DNA of 64,000 nt from NCBI GenBank assembly GCA_973895155.1, contig OZ316897.1, positions 18,448,457-18,512,456 of the forward strand, written 5' to 3'. This document shows positions 25,584-40,600 of the stretch, piece by piece (within the stretch, counting starts at the first letter, position 1; each line of letters opens with the position of its first letter). Source of the stretch: Marsupella aquatica (taxonomy: Eukaryota; Plantae; Marchantiophyta). Below the pieces are notes generated by a model. It was not told the origin of the DNA. It saw only the letters and a list, made by a program, of their open reading frames with translations, and searched no databases. The position numbers and the translations under genes were made by a program.

Positions 25584-28500
25584 GTTTTAAAACGTGGTCC
25601 TCGTACAACATTGACCTACAAAGGCAGGACTCAGAAGCATTATAGTTATAGGAGGGGGAGGGCAAGTATTAAAGGGAAAGGGTACTAGAGGGAGTCACAT
25701 GGATGAGAAAACAGGGAAAGGGAGGCTTGATTCTGGCCCCTTACCGGCCCTCCTGTGCATAAATGGGAAGTGAGGAGCGATGATCTAGGAAGGTTTTGTC
25801 CCGGATTTTGTCTTCCTTGATCCTCAGTCCCCTTCAATCTCCCACTTGAGTCTGATAGCTCTCTCACTTAGCTCTCTATATATTGATTCTCAATGACTAA
25901 AGACTTCATAATCGGGTTCATAATGCAATATCTTCACCTTTTAATGTTGATGATGTCTTTTTTCACTTTGTACATTGTAATCTATTTTGTGCAAGTTTAT
26001 TATTTTTAAAATTGTCTACATCTTTTATGCAACGATTGATGTGGGTCTTTATGCAGTGAAACTTAAATGTAACTTTAAACGCAACAACCTCTTTTGTGGA
26101 AAGACCTCTTTCGTGGAAAGTACTCCTTGCATAAAACAATGTGGCTTATTAGTGTCAATGTGCCAAACTTATATATCAGGATGTTGACTATTTTGAAAAA
26201 TATTACACTGAAGAAGATATTTTCCATTCAATTCAAAATACCTTTGCGACGTTGGCAAGTACTCTCGGTATTAATATTAGCTAGGGTCAGGGCCACACCC
26301 GTATGTGTGGAGGGGGATTTGAGCCTCTGACCCCAAGCATTTCTTTCATTACTTGGACATTAAGATATTCTGATTGGGGTATTGTTGTCGGTTTCCACAA
26401 GAGAGGACCTTCAATGCTTGAATTGTTAACATAGTATATCCTCGTAAGGAATTCCGAAAGCTGCAGTAGTGAAAAATCCTGTCGGCTGCTCACCTATTTT
26501 GATGAGTTTATGCAATAGTTTATTGGGCATAGGTGGCCAACAAAAGATACTTGAGAATTCTCCAAGAGAATAGTCTCTTGTACGTGTCTTTTCTGTATGG
26601 CTTGATTAGGGGCGGGATTGGGGGCTTGCTAAGTTTTGTCCAAGGATGTTACTTGTGCTGCTTGTTCTTCTCAAGAGCGTCAACATATGTTGTGCTAGAA
26701 CACAAACATGGCTGCTGGTAATTACCACTAGAACACAAGCATTGCTGCAGGAAGTCACAGTTATAGCTCAATCTGGAAGACTCCTGCCGTGGATTTGTTG
26801 CTTTCATAATCTACAAACCAAGAGTGTTTGTCCTGTTTGCATTATTTAGTATCAGGTGCAAGAGATTCTAGTTAGTTGATTGTCAAGAATTGAAGTTGAA
26901 TTCCCTTATTCTCCTAATTCTTACAGCCCATGAAGAAATTACTTGGACGAAAAGTAAGGATGGAGTCAAAAATAGGATTGAATGGATTTCCAGCACGACT
27001 CACGTTGACGCTCTCGAGGAAAATATGCAGCAGAAGGAAAATCTTTTGGCAGTGGCGGAAGAAGTGTCTGCCCCCGTTCCTGCGAGGCATAGCCTCTATC
27101 ACCTTCCCCCATCTTTTAGATTTTTTTTTGTCTCTCCAGGACCGGAACAAAGAGCCGCCATTAGAACTCTTTGCTCACCTAATATATGCACGTTGATTCT
27201 CGTTGAAAATCTCAAAGCCTAATGGAACCGTGTATATCCAAATTCTTGTTACAGAGAGGTTTGTTGTTCGATCAAATCAGTAGCTTTTTTGAAGGAAAAT
27301 GGGGTTTCGTTCTGTGGTGTATCATCTCATATAGCAGCCGGGAAGCCTTCAGCAGATAGTTACGTCAAATTACAAGTTTTCACGGATGGGAAATTTGTAT
27401 GAGATGCAAACAAAATTTGAGATTTTTGGAAAAGCCAAGCAGGCTTGTGCTGTGAATTTTGTATCTTTCGAAGGAGAAGATTTTATCCTTTATCCCATCA
27501 ATCTACTGACTGATTTCCAGTCTCCACCTTATTGGATTGGCATAATGCTTTTCATATGCCTGGAATGATACGCTAACTACTTTTAAATGAATCTCAAGCT
27601 CTAACGAATCTTCTTCTTTGATTTGAATGTTATTAAAGCATGAACTCACTCTTCTTCTGTAAATAAATTGCCATGCCGACAAATTAGTCTGACACACGCG
27701 ACTGCAGCCCAAGGAAGGCCAAATCCATCTACCAGGGGACTGTTTCGTTGGGTCCCTACTTTAACCCTACAGAAGTGGGATGATGCTTTCTATAGAAAAT
27801 GAGAATATGCCTTTCTCCACGAGGTCCTCTCAAGATTACTCTCCTTCAAAGCAACGGATCTGGACAATGTCTCCTGTTGACAATGACACCTCCAAAGATT
27901 CTTGAGAAACACAGTTCCTCAAACCCTTCGCGATCGCCGTCGTACGTACTCGATCTCGCTCGTGCTCAACCTTCTTCAACTTTGAGCATGAGAGTTGTAA
28001 TCAAGATGGCGAGGCTTCCAATAAGAGTTACCTGAACAAATGCAGAAACCTCTATACAAAGAGCCACTCTCCATATCTGTATTTGTTACATTACGAACTC
28101 TCAGCTGGGATGGCTAAAGGCCTGGATTATTTTCGATTTGATTCTACTTTCCAGAGCTATTTCATGTGGTCTGTACAGGGTTGTCGACAAGACAGTAGAA
28201 TGAAATCTTTACTTGTAGTCACTTACCTCCAAGTTTGGGCATATCATGCATGCAAGACTACTCTCAGGATGGATTCGGTTCCACGTACTGCAGTCTGGTT
28301 ATCCCCGCCCCCAAGCAGATTCCCCGACGATTGAACGAGTTGTGGACATTAACTCGAATAATAGAAAATATCTTAACGCATAATTGAGGCTTCTGTTGCC
28401 CCCTATTCACATATATGGCCCTCGAGGTGCCCTACAAAAGCCTGGCTTTATTATTTACAAGTCCATCAAAGTTCTTGGACTCCTACAAATATCTGGAATG

Positions 28501-29042
28501 GTTAATTGCCCAAGCTAGGCGAAGTCTTGAGATCCAAATAAGGTAGTACAGCTAAGAGAATACCACTGCATGTACGTAGTCCTTGTGGAGGCTCCAAGTA
28601 ACCCGGAAATGAACCAACCAAACATCTGTCAACGACTTTATATTTCTTGAATGCTATCAATACAACCTCATGCTGACTTACTTCAAGAGTTGACACGCCA
28701 CACCTCTTAACTGCCTTGACCTGAATTGTGTAACAGTTCCCTTCTACTATTTGGTTGCTTCCGGGAATAATATCACTTTATATCCGTGGTTCCTGTTGAG
28801 AATTAATGTCATTCGAGCAGTCCGCATTGAAGAGGAAGGCTATAGAAGGTTGCAACGAGACAATTGATTTGATATAAAGTATGACAACTAAACTATTTAG
28901 TAGTACTGGCAGGTATACCCGACCACCTTTTATGATCGAAATGCTGCATCGACAAAGCCAATTTTATATCAATCTTTATGTGTTCTACAAAATTCGAAAT
29001 CAGAGAATATTCTTCATAATACATACATGATTGATATGTGTT

Positions 29043-29296
29043 CTTTTAGTCAAGCCTTAGGATGGAAACACACAAATATTGAGTTCAAATAATTGAATTG
29101 AAAATATCAATCATGACGAATATTGTCTGATTTTATCTCAGTCTTATGTGTTCTACAAATCTCCGATTAATGATTCCTTTCTCCTCGAACATGATTTAAA
29201 ATATTTAATCATATTTGTCATGATACATGGTTGATATTTTCAATCCAATTATTTGAACTCAACTTTTGTGTTTCCATCCTACGGTTTCACTAGAAG
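29043..29296. mobile_element. Foldback / MITE-like element with about 72-bp inverted arms
   Basis: 29043-29115 (CTTTTAGTCAAGCCTTAGGATGGAAACACACAAATATTGAGTTCAAATAATTGAATTGAAAATATCAATCATG) closely matches the reverse complement of 29226-29296. TSD not resolved. Confidence 0.75.
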
Positions 29297-32200
29297 ATAT
29301 ATTTACGATCCTGATCAGATACTTCCGCCTCGGGGACTTCGAAAAGTTATAGAAGGGAAGAGCGTTTACGGTTGCTAGCTAGCTGGACAAACTTGTGTCG
29401 TATCGAAGAAATTCAAAACTCCCTCAAGGTAAACTAGCTAAGAGTCATTCCTACCGCTGCTACCCCAAACTAGTTCGAGAGCTAGACCTCCACTATGATG
29501 AAGCTGACTTAGTCAGGATATTCGAGTTCACGTAATACATATCGAACACGGCGGGAAGCAGTGAGGGGCAGGTCTAGACTTTGATGTGTGAAACTAGATC
29601 ACCTTAACAATACCTTCGCACAGAGTTTTAAACCCTAAAAGATCCGGAACACTGAAGAGGTCTTCATCAACGACTTCTCCTTTAATTCATGCCTTTCTGT
29701 ACTTGAGCTATTCTCACGCTTCTGAGAATACATTTTCTAGTTGAATTAAGCAGCTCCAAAACATTCATCTCGGAGAGAATTCAAGTGTTAATTAGGTTTG
29801 AAAGCTGTGGTAGACGGTGTACAATTTTACTAAACGCTCCCCTTCTCTTATCAATTGATTCATGCCAAATTAAAAGGACTCCTAATCTATCTAATGCAAA
29901 TATAATTGCCTCTGTTTAACGTTAGTTTGAGATATGTGTTTGCCAACGCGGCTTTCATACATTGGGTCCGGAGGACTGTTTAATAACTGTGTTCGATCCA
30001 CGATTCAATTGATGTTCTGAACGCTCAGCATATATTATTTTGCACAAGAGAACATTATTTTGAACGACCGTAGCCTGACGATAGTGATGATTATATATGG
30101 CTGACATAACTTTGGTTAATTTGGATATAGTAATAGACTTCTCTAAGTTACTGTTAGTCGAAGGAGTTCCGGTGTAAGTAAAGCTGGGATAGCTCCTAAC
30201 CTTACTTCTGCAGTAAATTGGATAAGTCAACTTCAATGAATTCAGTGATCGATACGAAACTCGCAAAGACGATAGCTTGGTTTCTGCTGAGACTAAAATT
30301 CAGCGGAAGGAATTTCCGTGGGCGGAAATGTGGGAGAGGTCCCAGACTTCCGCAGACGGCAATACTGCTACCTCGTTGAAGTCATCACTCGATCAGCGAG
30401 TGCAGCGATAATACGCACGAGAATCAGCACACTCAGAGAATGGCACAGATAGCTTCTGATTCAAGCGTTCCAGCTGATAGCTGAACTCTCTTCTGACTTC
30501 TGGGGAATCGATACAAAATGCTTCCAGTTCTTCGAAGATTTCGATCTAGTTAGTATATTTTCAAATGATACTCATCAATCTCATATGGTTTAAGCAAAGT
30601 TTCTAGTCGCTGGAGTGGTAAATCATTTTGTTTTGGCTTGTAGTCATCGGCTCAATGTGAACGCATCCTTCAAATTCATTCATTCTAGACTGTACAGGTT
30701 AAGCCGAATTTACTTTGGACCTCCTTGCTTGTATGCGTGCTTTCTTAGCTCTGAACTGAACACCCCGGCCGATATAACCCCCACAGGTTCTGCTTGTTCA
30801 GGAGAAGTTGAAACAATCTCATTGTGGGTTTATTGAGCTCGAAATGAACTCCATGCGAGGGTAATGTTGTTAATTTCTATCAGAGAACGGTGACTCATCG
30901 GAATGGTTGCACATACCTCAGGTGGACAGTAGTGAACGGACTATAGGCACTAGTGAAATGGACGAAGATATCGTCCACTCACCGTGTGTAATAAAGTCAT
31001 TTAGCGGGAAATGGACGAAGATATTAGATATCGTTTCAAGTGTCTTTTTTATAAGATCCATGGGATGAACTGCATGATGACAAGTCTTTAGAAAATTGAA
31101 GATTAATTAACGAACAATCATGTCAAGGAGTGGCCACGAAGATCTACATGCGTTGGTCATTTGTTAAGATGGAGAATGAATGAATCATGACCTCTCCCTA
31201 GAAATAAGAATTAATAAATCAGAAGAAATCGTGTCAAGGAGTGGCCAAACAGGTCTGCATGGGTTGGTTATTTATTAAGATGCGGTATGAATTGAATATA
31301 TAAGAAATAATAGTATGAATGAATGAAGAGGCAGTCCTGTATCGGTTGGCTCGTCTGCCCCTAGGTTTCCAAATCAGGAGATACAGTTGTTTCGGTCCAA
31401 AGTTCGATATCTGAGTCAGTACACCAGAAAACAAACCAAGCTACCTTTTGAACTAAAGGATAGACTGTACAGATATCCAGTGTCAACAATGTCGTTTCCA
31501 CCTGGGGACCTGGGAATACTTAAAGTGATGTTTGGACTGGGTCATGATTCTTCCCCAAACAAAAGAAATCAATGGCAAAAATAGTGCATTTGCAATTCAC
31601 ATAGTACACTGGGGGCTCTTTTGTAGCTAATGACTTTCACGTGCGCTTCAAATGAGATACTGAGCCCGAAAAGACAGCCTGGAAAGAAAAGTTTGAGTTC
31701 ATGCCATCATTGTTCAGTCTGTTAGCCACTTAACCGGCTCGTTAAGAACCTATTTTAGGGGCAGACTCTCACGCCCAGAGCAGCAAGGCATCCTAGAAGG
31801 CTAGAAGTCCAGGGACAGGCATCAGACTTTGACTTCTGGTCCATGCATGCCCGCTCAACAACCTCCCTCGTGGATGCATTGAATAAGGGCTACATTTTTC
31901 CAAACTGCCGTTTACGTCACGTTGTGGTAGCCTAGGTGTTGTTGAGATATATACACCAGAACCGAGATGATCGTGAGTTTTAATGTCCCTCTAAAGACTC
32001 GTTGTTTCAAAGGACTTCGCCTTTTGTCTCCTTCTTGGAGAGCTCTACGCCGCATGTTTGGGGGACGGTCCTCTTCAATTCGTTGCCCGGTATCTGCTCA
32101 ATTGCTCAAGCTTCGCTGTTCAGTTCGTCTTTTTGTTAGTAAGTTACGTTAGTGCTCTGACACACCATATCTGTCTCTGGGGTTTGCTGATTTTCTGCCC

Positions 32201-34429
32201 TTTTGCGCTTGGTCCTGATGGTGGTTTGGCCGTTTGTGTTTGGGGCTTCTGTGCTCGTGTCTAGCTAACAGTTCACACTATCTTGTCTTGGTAGGACATT
32301 TGTTGGGGCATGGTACCACCGAGCAGCCAAAGGTGCAGAGAACGCCAAGAATGGCACATGAAATGTATAAAGAAACAACGAAATGGCTCCTACAGTAGTC
32401 ATTCCATGCTGGCAACTCCAGTTTTACAATGAAAAAGCATCAGCAATGCGACTAACGTGCCCACTAACGTGGCCCTCTTTCACATTCTGGAGAACACTCG
32501 TTGGGCCCAGGTCAACAAGCGATGGATTTGAGGGTTGGAAGAGTTTGACACTCTGGTAGAATAGTCGGCAAAATTTAGTGCAACGAACGTCTGGTATTAT
32601 AATGACTCTTACTTACCACCTTATGCGTTTTTTGTGTTGTCAAGGCAATTAAATATCTTGCAGACTTGAGTTGGAAGTAAATTTAATCATTAAGATAGTA
32701 AATCAATGCTTTGAAGAAAAGCAACTGTTTCTTTGATGATTTACAATCAAATATGTTAACTATTGAAAGATCGACAATAGGCTTGAATAGTCTAGTGTAA
32801 AAGAAATTGCAGTGAATTAATGGATGATATTAAAATTCGATGAGTGTCAACTAGAGACAAAATAGATTTGTGACCATCTGATTTGGCCAACATTTTTGGC
32901 CACCCAAAAACGTGAGCATTCATCCAAAATTAAGGTATCTTGACAATGTGCATAAAAAATTGTATGTGTCTCAGAGTTCATCCTTCATGTGCTAAATGAT
33001 ATGGTCTATCGGACGTCCCATTTATTTTTCTTTAATTAAAGTCTGTAAATTAGTGGACTTTTCCAGTGCTTCCCCAATATATACATGACTATATTTGATA
33101 CGAAGTCACTTCAATCTGTCCCAGTTCAAAAACAAAATTGCATTTGCACTTGAGTGCTTTCCCTCTTGTTTTAATTTTTAAGCCAACAAAAGGTCTCCAG
33201 ATCAATCAACTTTCCCCCATCAAAGCAAGTTGGAAAAGTTCTTGAAAACTACACTGTTCACCTTTATTGGTCTTATCTCAAAATTAGTTTTAGTCCATAG
33301 TTAAGTTGGTAATTATCCTAATTTAAGAGTAGGGCAGAATTGAATAGAAAATAATATTAAACGTTTTGGGGCTAAGACTATTTAGGTTTGGAATTCCAAA
33401 CTACAGTAAAGCAATTCATATCTCTCTAGTCTTACACTTGATTTGTGTTGACATTGTTTGGCAAATAGTGTAGCGCTGTTGAGACTATGTTCCCTACCTA
33501 TAACTTTTCTGTTTCTTGTGATTGGGTGAATGAAACACACTCTCTTCCCTAGCTGTTTGAGGTGAGAGAGCAATGTCTTTTGTATCTGTGCATTGGAGCC
33601 CCCTCACTCTTGCTTGAACAAAGTAGTACTCTTTGAAATGTGGCTTCCTAGCAAAATCTCCAAATTGTGTTATCGACAAACATAATTAGTATTACCTTTA
33701 CTTTCCAAAGAGTGTTTATGGAATTAGTGTTGCACTAATGTAAGCTACTTTATGCGTGCACTGTGTGTTAGCAGTGAGTGTTATAGAGAGGGTACGTTAC
33801 TCCATAATTAGCATAATTAGTAATATTAATTAAGTAAAGAGTAAATCACCAAAATTTAGGCTACACAAATAGTATTTACTAGCAAGTCTAATTGCTGTGA
33901 ACAGTGTAGGCAAACTAGACATGGTGGGGAGGGGTGAGCAATTCAAGGGGAATCTAGTCTTGATCTAGATCAGAGGAGCAAGGGCACAAAACTAACAAAT
34001 TCACCAACATAGCTAACAACATTCTGATGAATAATTAAAATAAATATTATTCATGATTGGTAGAATGATCCTAGTGGAAAAATGATCCTACAGGAAAACA
34101 ATTTCTTCCAAGAGTTATGTGCTCCATGGTTTACTCTACCTTAGTTTGGGTGTCCTACCTGAGAATGCAATTCAGAGTGAAGGATAATTATAATTTGTTA
34201 AGCACACTGTTCTTTATGTGTTTAATTTTCTAAGTACAAGAAAAGTTTTGTCGCTACTTAGGGAAGATTTAGTCTGTTTTGGAAGGGGGGATACACTTTT
34301 ACCAGGAATCAGGGGCCAGGGTCTCTAAGTTGCATGTTTCAATTGATCCCAGGTTCCATTCTCGGGGGTTTCACTTCCACAAAAATAGCATATCACGTGC
34401 GACGAAAGATAGGGTCATTTTATTGGTTC

Positions 34430-34665
34430 TAAGGGAAGACTTAAGAATTTTTGTAGAAGAACAATAGGGTCTTTTAAATTTAATTTTGAGACTTATAAGA
34501 ATATTAGGGTCTTTTTAATCCAATTTTTAGAATATTCCAAGAATATTCCAACTTTATAGGGGTTAAAATTATTTTTTCTTCTTACATTTTAGGGGGTCCG
34601 AGGCCTAAAAACATCGCAGGCGATGGGGAGGTCCCCATATAGTGAGACCCCCGAGGTTCCATTTG
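34430..34665 (-). repeat. Dispersed repeat, inverted homologue of 24645-24875
   Basis: The reverse complement aligns colinearly with 24645-24875 (see that feature). Confidence 0.6.
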
Positions 34666-37600
34666 AATGATATAGCCCCTTTAATACACGATGCTCCAGC
34701 TTTCTCTAGTAATATCTGACTGTTGGTTTTCATTTACAATACATTTCTTCAATTCAGTTTAGCAAACCCAATTCAGCTCAGCAAGCCCAATCAATTTTGG
34801 ACCACTCTAATTCACTCTAAACTTCCTAGATGTGCTCATGAATAGTCAGTGGCTTACTCTATGTTGTTACCTGCGTGCATGCTCACATGATGCTCACTCT
34901 CAGTGGTGGACCTTGCCCACCAGTGCCTTCACCAATCTCAGTACTCTCGCCTAAGTACCCTTGGTGCCCAAACATCTGCATGAAACTCCTGAAGCAAGCA
35001 ACTTGGTGCCTCTATCGTTACCTGCGACAACTCCCATGCGAAGAGCCTGCTCTTGCTCCCTAGCACAACTGTTGCTCAATGGTACTCAAAGTCTGCACAA
35101 ATAACTAAACACCTCAATAAATAAACTAAGTACTTTGATAGGATCTAGGTAATTGGTGTGAACTCTACCTTTATATGAGCAAAGGGGACCATTTGATGTC
35201 AACTTTAGCTTAATATTAATAGAGACTCTAGCTCAATATGTCAAGATGATATGAACAATCTGTATCTTGTTTTCCCATATTAGTTTTCTAAGCGTTAGAT
35301 CTCCCTATACTTAAGAATTACCCTTAGATTCTGGCCAATCCGGCCTGTGACGTGAGAAAGTGCTTCGAACTACTTTTTAATGATGACCTTTAGATTCTTG
35401 CTAATGAGGCATGTGACTTAATGGAAACTGGGGACACAGACAACTTAGTGAACTTTTGCCCAAAGACACTGGCAAAAACTAACTTTTTGGAGAGGTGGAA
35501 TCTAGGGAATTTTCGCCACTACAAAAAGAATTGGTGTAGACGGATGATGTGGGCGCTCAAGAGCAGTTTTGTTTTAACGAAGGAACGATCTCTTCATACA
35601 TTTGAGGCCGCGCTCTCTTTGTTCTGGTCTTCTACACTGAGAGCAAAATAATTCTAAAGCGCATCCTCTCCCTTCTTGATGCACCCCGTTTGAGACAGAA
35701 TCCAGTCCTTGGCTATGTCCAAATTAACTAGTGCATGTTCAAATATATTAACTAGACAGTGCCGTGTTAAGATTCAAGGATCAGGATCAATATGTGCCCT
35801 CGCTAGCTCCAATCAGAAGAACTGGAACATATATCTTGGCGACCAGCAAGTACCCAGTGCTTGCCGTCAACAATATGCCGTCAATTCCATATGATAAAGC
35901 ACGCTGTTAAACTTTGCTAGTCGAAAGATGCTCCTCAGCCAGGCTCAAATGTCAAAGAGAAGATACGCCACCTGTGAATGGCTTGCCGGATCTAGAGAGC
36001 TTGGAATCTTAGGCTATTGTTATGATTCTCTTTCTGGTTTGGCGAATATAATTGGAACCCGGAATAAGCTGTGGTAGCAGACGAGTGACATTTAGACGCA
36101 TGCAGACCTCCATCTCATTCCATACCACACAAGCTGCGGACCATTTTACTAAAGTTATCGTCCACTCAGTTCAATCACGCATGCAGACCTCACTTTCAAT
36201 CCATACCACAAGCAGCATATATACCACTTTACTAAAGTTAATTATCGTTCAGTTCAATCAGAAAGCATCCCACTTTACTCAGTTGTCGTTCAGGTGTCAA
36301 TCAAAAGGCACATCACGTTACCAAGCTGTCGTCCAAATCTCAATCAAGAAGGGAAGTAAGCGACTCCTGAGTATATTAATCAATATCCTCACCAAAGGCT
36401 AGAGAGATTACAGTCATATAATCTACAGACGTACTTATACAGATTTTACTTTAGTATGAGTGTGCATTTTCAGTCATTCTGCTTGTATATGTAGAATTTT
36501 ATTTACAGTGTATACTCCCTTTCATTTAACCATTAATTTCCTCCACGATGAATCTTACAATTTGAATTCGATTGTGAAGAATACACATTTTAGTAACGTG
36601 CATGTGTACGTGTGGCTATATTTCACGAAAAAACGAAATGCATTAAAATTAACTAATCGAATAATTTAAACCAATTTCAAATCAGCGAATTCACTAGAAC
36701 GACAACGAGTACAAGGAGGCCCTTAATGCCTTCAGAAACAGAATTGGCATGGATCGGCAAAAAAAAGTGAACAATACACTCAAGCAAAAGACAATATTCA
36801 AGTTTGTTATGTTTCCTTCAGTACGTAGAGCCCTGCTTAGCAAGGGGCCTTGGTCCTCGAAGGTAACATATTGTTCAAGAGCAGGAGACTACTCTTCGAA
36901 AAGACAAAAAATGCGTCAAGAAAAATGAGTTCTTAATATTCTCTCGGTACTAGCTGCAACGTAGTACCGAGGGATTCACGGTGCAGACGTACTGCAGACG
37001 CAGAGGTTCCTGATTAGAGCTACTGTGGCCTCAGCGAATGAGTAGTGATACCATTCACCAGTGATAGACTCGTCTGCCCAACGTACATTCTGGCAGGTTG
37101 TATGCATGTTGAGTGGAAACTTGGGTTGAACTTGCCAATGCTGGGATCAAACTGTTGGATCCCCTTGCCGAGTCCGGTAGGTCTTGCAAATAATCAATTA
37201 TATATGCCATGAGCTCACGTCTGGACGAGTTACAAAGAACACTTCGATTTCTCCCAAATGCACTGTCCACGCTCAAATAGAGGCTAACCAGCGAACAGAT
37301 AGACACATGAAAACAAAGGTTCCCGAGTTTGGAGTGTAATACACTTTACTTTGTGTTATTTTTTGGGAAAAGGACAGCTTGTTTCAGGGAAAATTCTATC
37401 TTAAGAGCTGATCTGGATGTCCATTGTTGACAAAAGGGCTACCATTTCACCTTGTTAGTAGATTGGACGCCCTGTTCAAACCTTACTTGGTCCTTCGCTG
37501 GTAACGATTTCCTTGTTTGTTTCGAAATATTTTTAAGCTCAGAGGTTCATGTCTTGGGATTATCTTGTTGTTTCATTGCTGAGCTTCAGAGTTCGGATTT

Positions 37601-40600
37601 ATCCCAATTTGGCCCTTCTGTAGTACATGTCATGATACAGCGTCTTCCCCTTCGATTGAATACAGTCTCCAGGAATATGAGGGTCAAGAAGATTCTCCCA
37701 GCGGTTTTGCATTGTTTCCTAGAACAATCTTATTTTTGGCGCCAAGAAAAATCTCTCGGAATTAACGCGGGTGGTAGGCTGGCGGCCAGGCCGCGTCAGG
37801 CCATTGCATGGACCCTAAACGCCTGGCCTCTCCTGCGAAGGTATAAATTGTGCTTGTTCTCCTCCATTCCTTCCACAGCTAGAGCTCACCATCGTCTTCT
37901 GCTCTCTTTACCCTCTCGGAGCAAATAAGGTACCCGGTGGTCGGAAGATGAGTTCATTCCAAAAGATTTGGTTGCCAGAAGGAACGCCAGTTTTAGGGTT
38001 TCACCTGGACCCTCAAATGGCACTTCGCATCTCATCTAGCTGAGCTTACTGTGTCTTTGGCACACGTTTCCGACATATTTACAAGATCTTTCATTGTTTT
38101 AACAGTTTCCAAGGCTTTAGTGGAGAGAGGGGATCAGAGTACGATTTCGGATTCACGCTTTCATGTTCAGGTCCCGAAGCTACTCTGCACCCCTCTCCCA
38201 CTCAAGCCTACGAGGGAATTTCAACTGGAATCCATGATCTTTAACGCAAGAGGTTACCTTTCATTTGTGATTCGAAAGAATTGTATCCGTGAGGACGGTG
38301 TCTTCGGAGTTCTTCCAACACTCATAAGGGGTACCAGGGCTGCGGTCGGAGTTGCTCGTCTCATGCATCAAAGCTTCTCTGTGCCTGAGAAGCAGCAATG
38401 TTGCCAATTTGGCTACGTTCCTATATATGACATCATTTGGTCATAGGTTGGCTTGAGCTTGCTTGGTTACTAGAGAGTACCAGGCAACCACATCTCCAGG
38501 ACGGATAAAACTGGATGGGTATTTTCAACTTTCGTTCCCTTCCGTAACCTTTTCGCTATGTCGTTGCAACGTTTAGTGAGGTGAAAATTACTCGTGGTGT
38601 CTTTACCAGATAGATCGAGTGGTGCTATAGTGACCAACAATTCTGTTGTCTTGTCACCATTGTCGGACTTGTACAATTGTTCGGTCATACGGTCAAAGAT
38701 CCCTAAATGTGCGTCCCGTCTGCTGTACTCATTGTACACGCAGATCGACTGAGAATGCAATTTGAATCCAAGTTGAATTGAAATCAGCAACGGTAACAAC
38801 TGTTGGAATTCACAGTCTGAGTTCAACGAGTCGAGCTGACGGGAATGCACGTGACAGTTGCAATCTTTCCAATTGGTGGGTTTGGTAAATCTGTACGTAG
38901 AGGTTAATGGATTTGGGAGGAACATTTGATTCTGAAGACATTTACCTTTGGACGCAATGTAGGAAACTAAATATAGCCTGTCTCTAGCGTCATGTTCTAA
39001 AACTTACTAACCAATTCCGTTTGGCCGCTGAGCCCTTGATTCTCGAGCTTACTCGTGGTGCCCATATGTTGACGTCAAAGGTCGCATCTTCAAATGGCCA
39101 CAGTACGTGTAGATGGCATTTCTGCATATGTTCTTGGTTGCCAGACATTTTAAACCTTACCAACTTAGAAACGGATAAGGATTCAGAAAGATCGTTCCTT
39201 GTCGTTCCATCTAACCAAATTCGTTATTACTACTTCTCATTTGTCCACCGATAGCTGTGCTCGACTTGATGCATAGGTTTGTCTCCACCTATGCACATGT
39301 TTGAATGAAATTGTTAAATGCTCTTGAGGGCATCCTGCTCTTCAAGGACCATGCTTCATAATTGGGGCAATGCTGCGAATCGTAAGCTAAGTAAACGGCG
39401 CAACAATTCTTTGCGAAATGGCCTTCTACGGTCCCAGACCAGAATCGTTAAGTACTAGCTGATGATTTTTTTCAATTGGGTACCTAGAAGAAATTCCCTG
39501 GGCCCGGAGATTCGACTCATCGCTGAGTAGTGAATGGAACTGATTTTAAATGCTTGCAGCTCATGCTTTGATTCAATTCAGAGTAAGAGAACGTAGGAAG
39601 GAGTGCACAGCAGATTTTCTCCTTGTATTAATTGTAGAATTCTGTTATGGGTAGCATCGCTGACGTAGGTCTACTAAAAAGTCGCGGAATTGTCGGTCAC
39701 ATACAATCGTTCTCACATAGATAAGTTCTTTAAATGTTTTATACCTCAAGGTACGGACATAAACACTTTCAGTGGCTTGAGTGGAGAGAGGGGACCAGAG
39801 AAGCTCCGGACATTCCCCAAGCAATTTGTCTTTAGCTGCTCTGCTCTTCGCTCTCAACGCGAACCCCTGAGGGTCACGAATCCACTGAATCAGGATTATG
39901 TCGCTGGAAGAAGCGCCAAAGCCCTCGATTCAACAGTTCTAATTTTGGTAAGATCGATTCTCCCCAGTATGTCTGTCAATAATTAATTATGCTGACTAGG
40001 AATCACAAAATTGTTCACATTCATCTGATTTGGATGGATGTTCGATAGTCATGTGCATCCGATCCTGGCTTTGTGTAGCTCTGATTAAAGATTTTCCCTT
40101 TGCAAAGTTGACACGCACGTTAGAGTTGACACATATAGACAGATGGCTCGATCAGGTCCTTCATCGCATTTGAGCAATCTAACCAGAAACGCATTATTCA
40201 AGCTCGCATTTCTTGTTCAGAGAACCACTATGTATCCCAAACACACCGCTGATGGGTTGGAAGCATTCTGTCGTCGCCTTGGATACAGATATAGCCCCGG
40301 TTTGCAGATTCGCTCACCTGAACTAATCGCTTTCCCGCAGGCGTCGTACAGTTGATATACATCAAGCTATCACAGACATTGACCATGTGGTTCCTTTTTC
40401 TTGTGTAGTACACCTGACTGGGTGCCAAATTCATCCGACCCTTGACATCTACCTAGGTCTGTTTCAACGATGTGAGACTCTGACTTTGTTTTTTCTGAGC
40501 GTCCTTTCTGTTGAATGCAAAGCCGTTCATCATTAGCTTGACCTATAATAGTTTGATCAAGAAGTGCTACTGCGCAGATCCGGCTGTGAATTCTTGCCAT

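Noticed and set aside
35500-35900. Apparent decayed minus-strand CDS (LELARAHIDPD...NIFEHALVNLDIAKDWIL)
   Set aside because: About 6 stops in about 125 codons equals random expectation, and no family motif is present.
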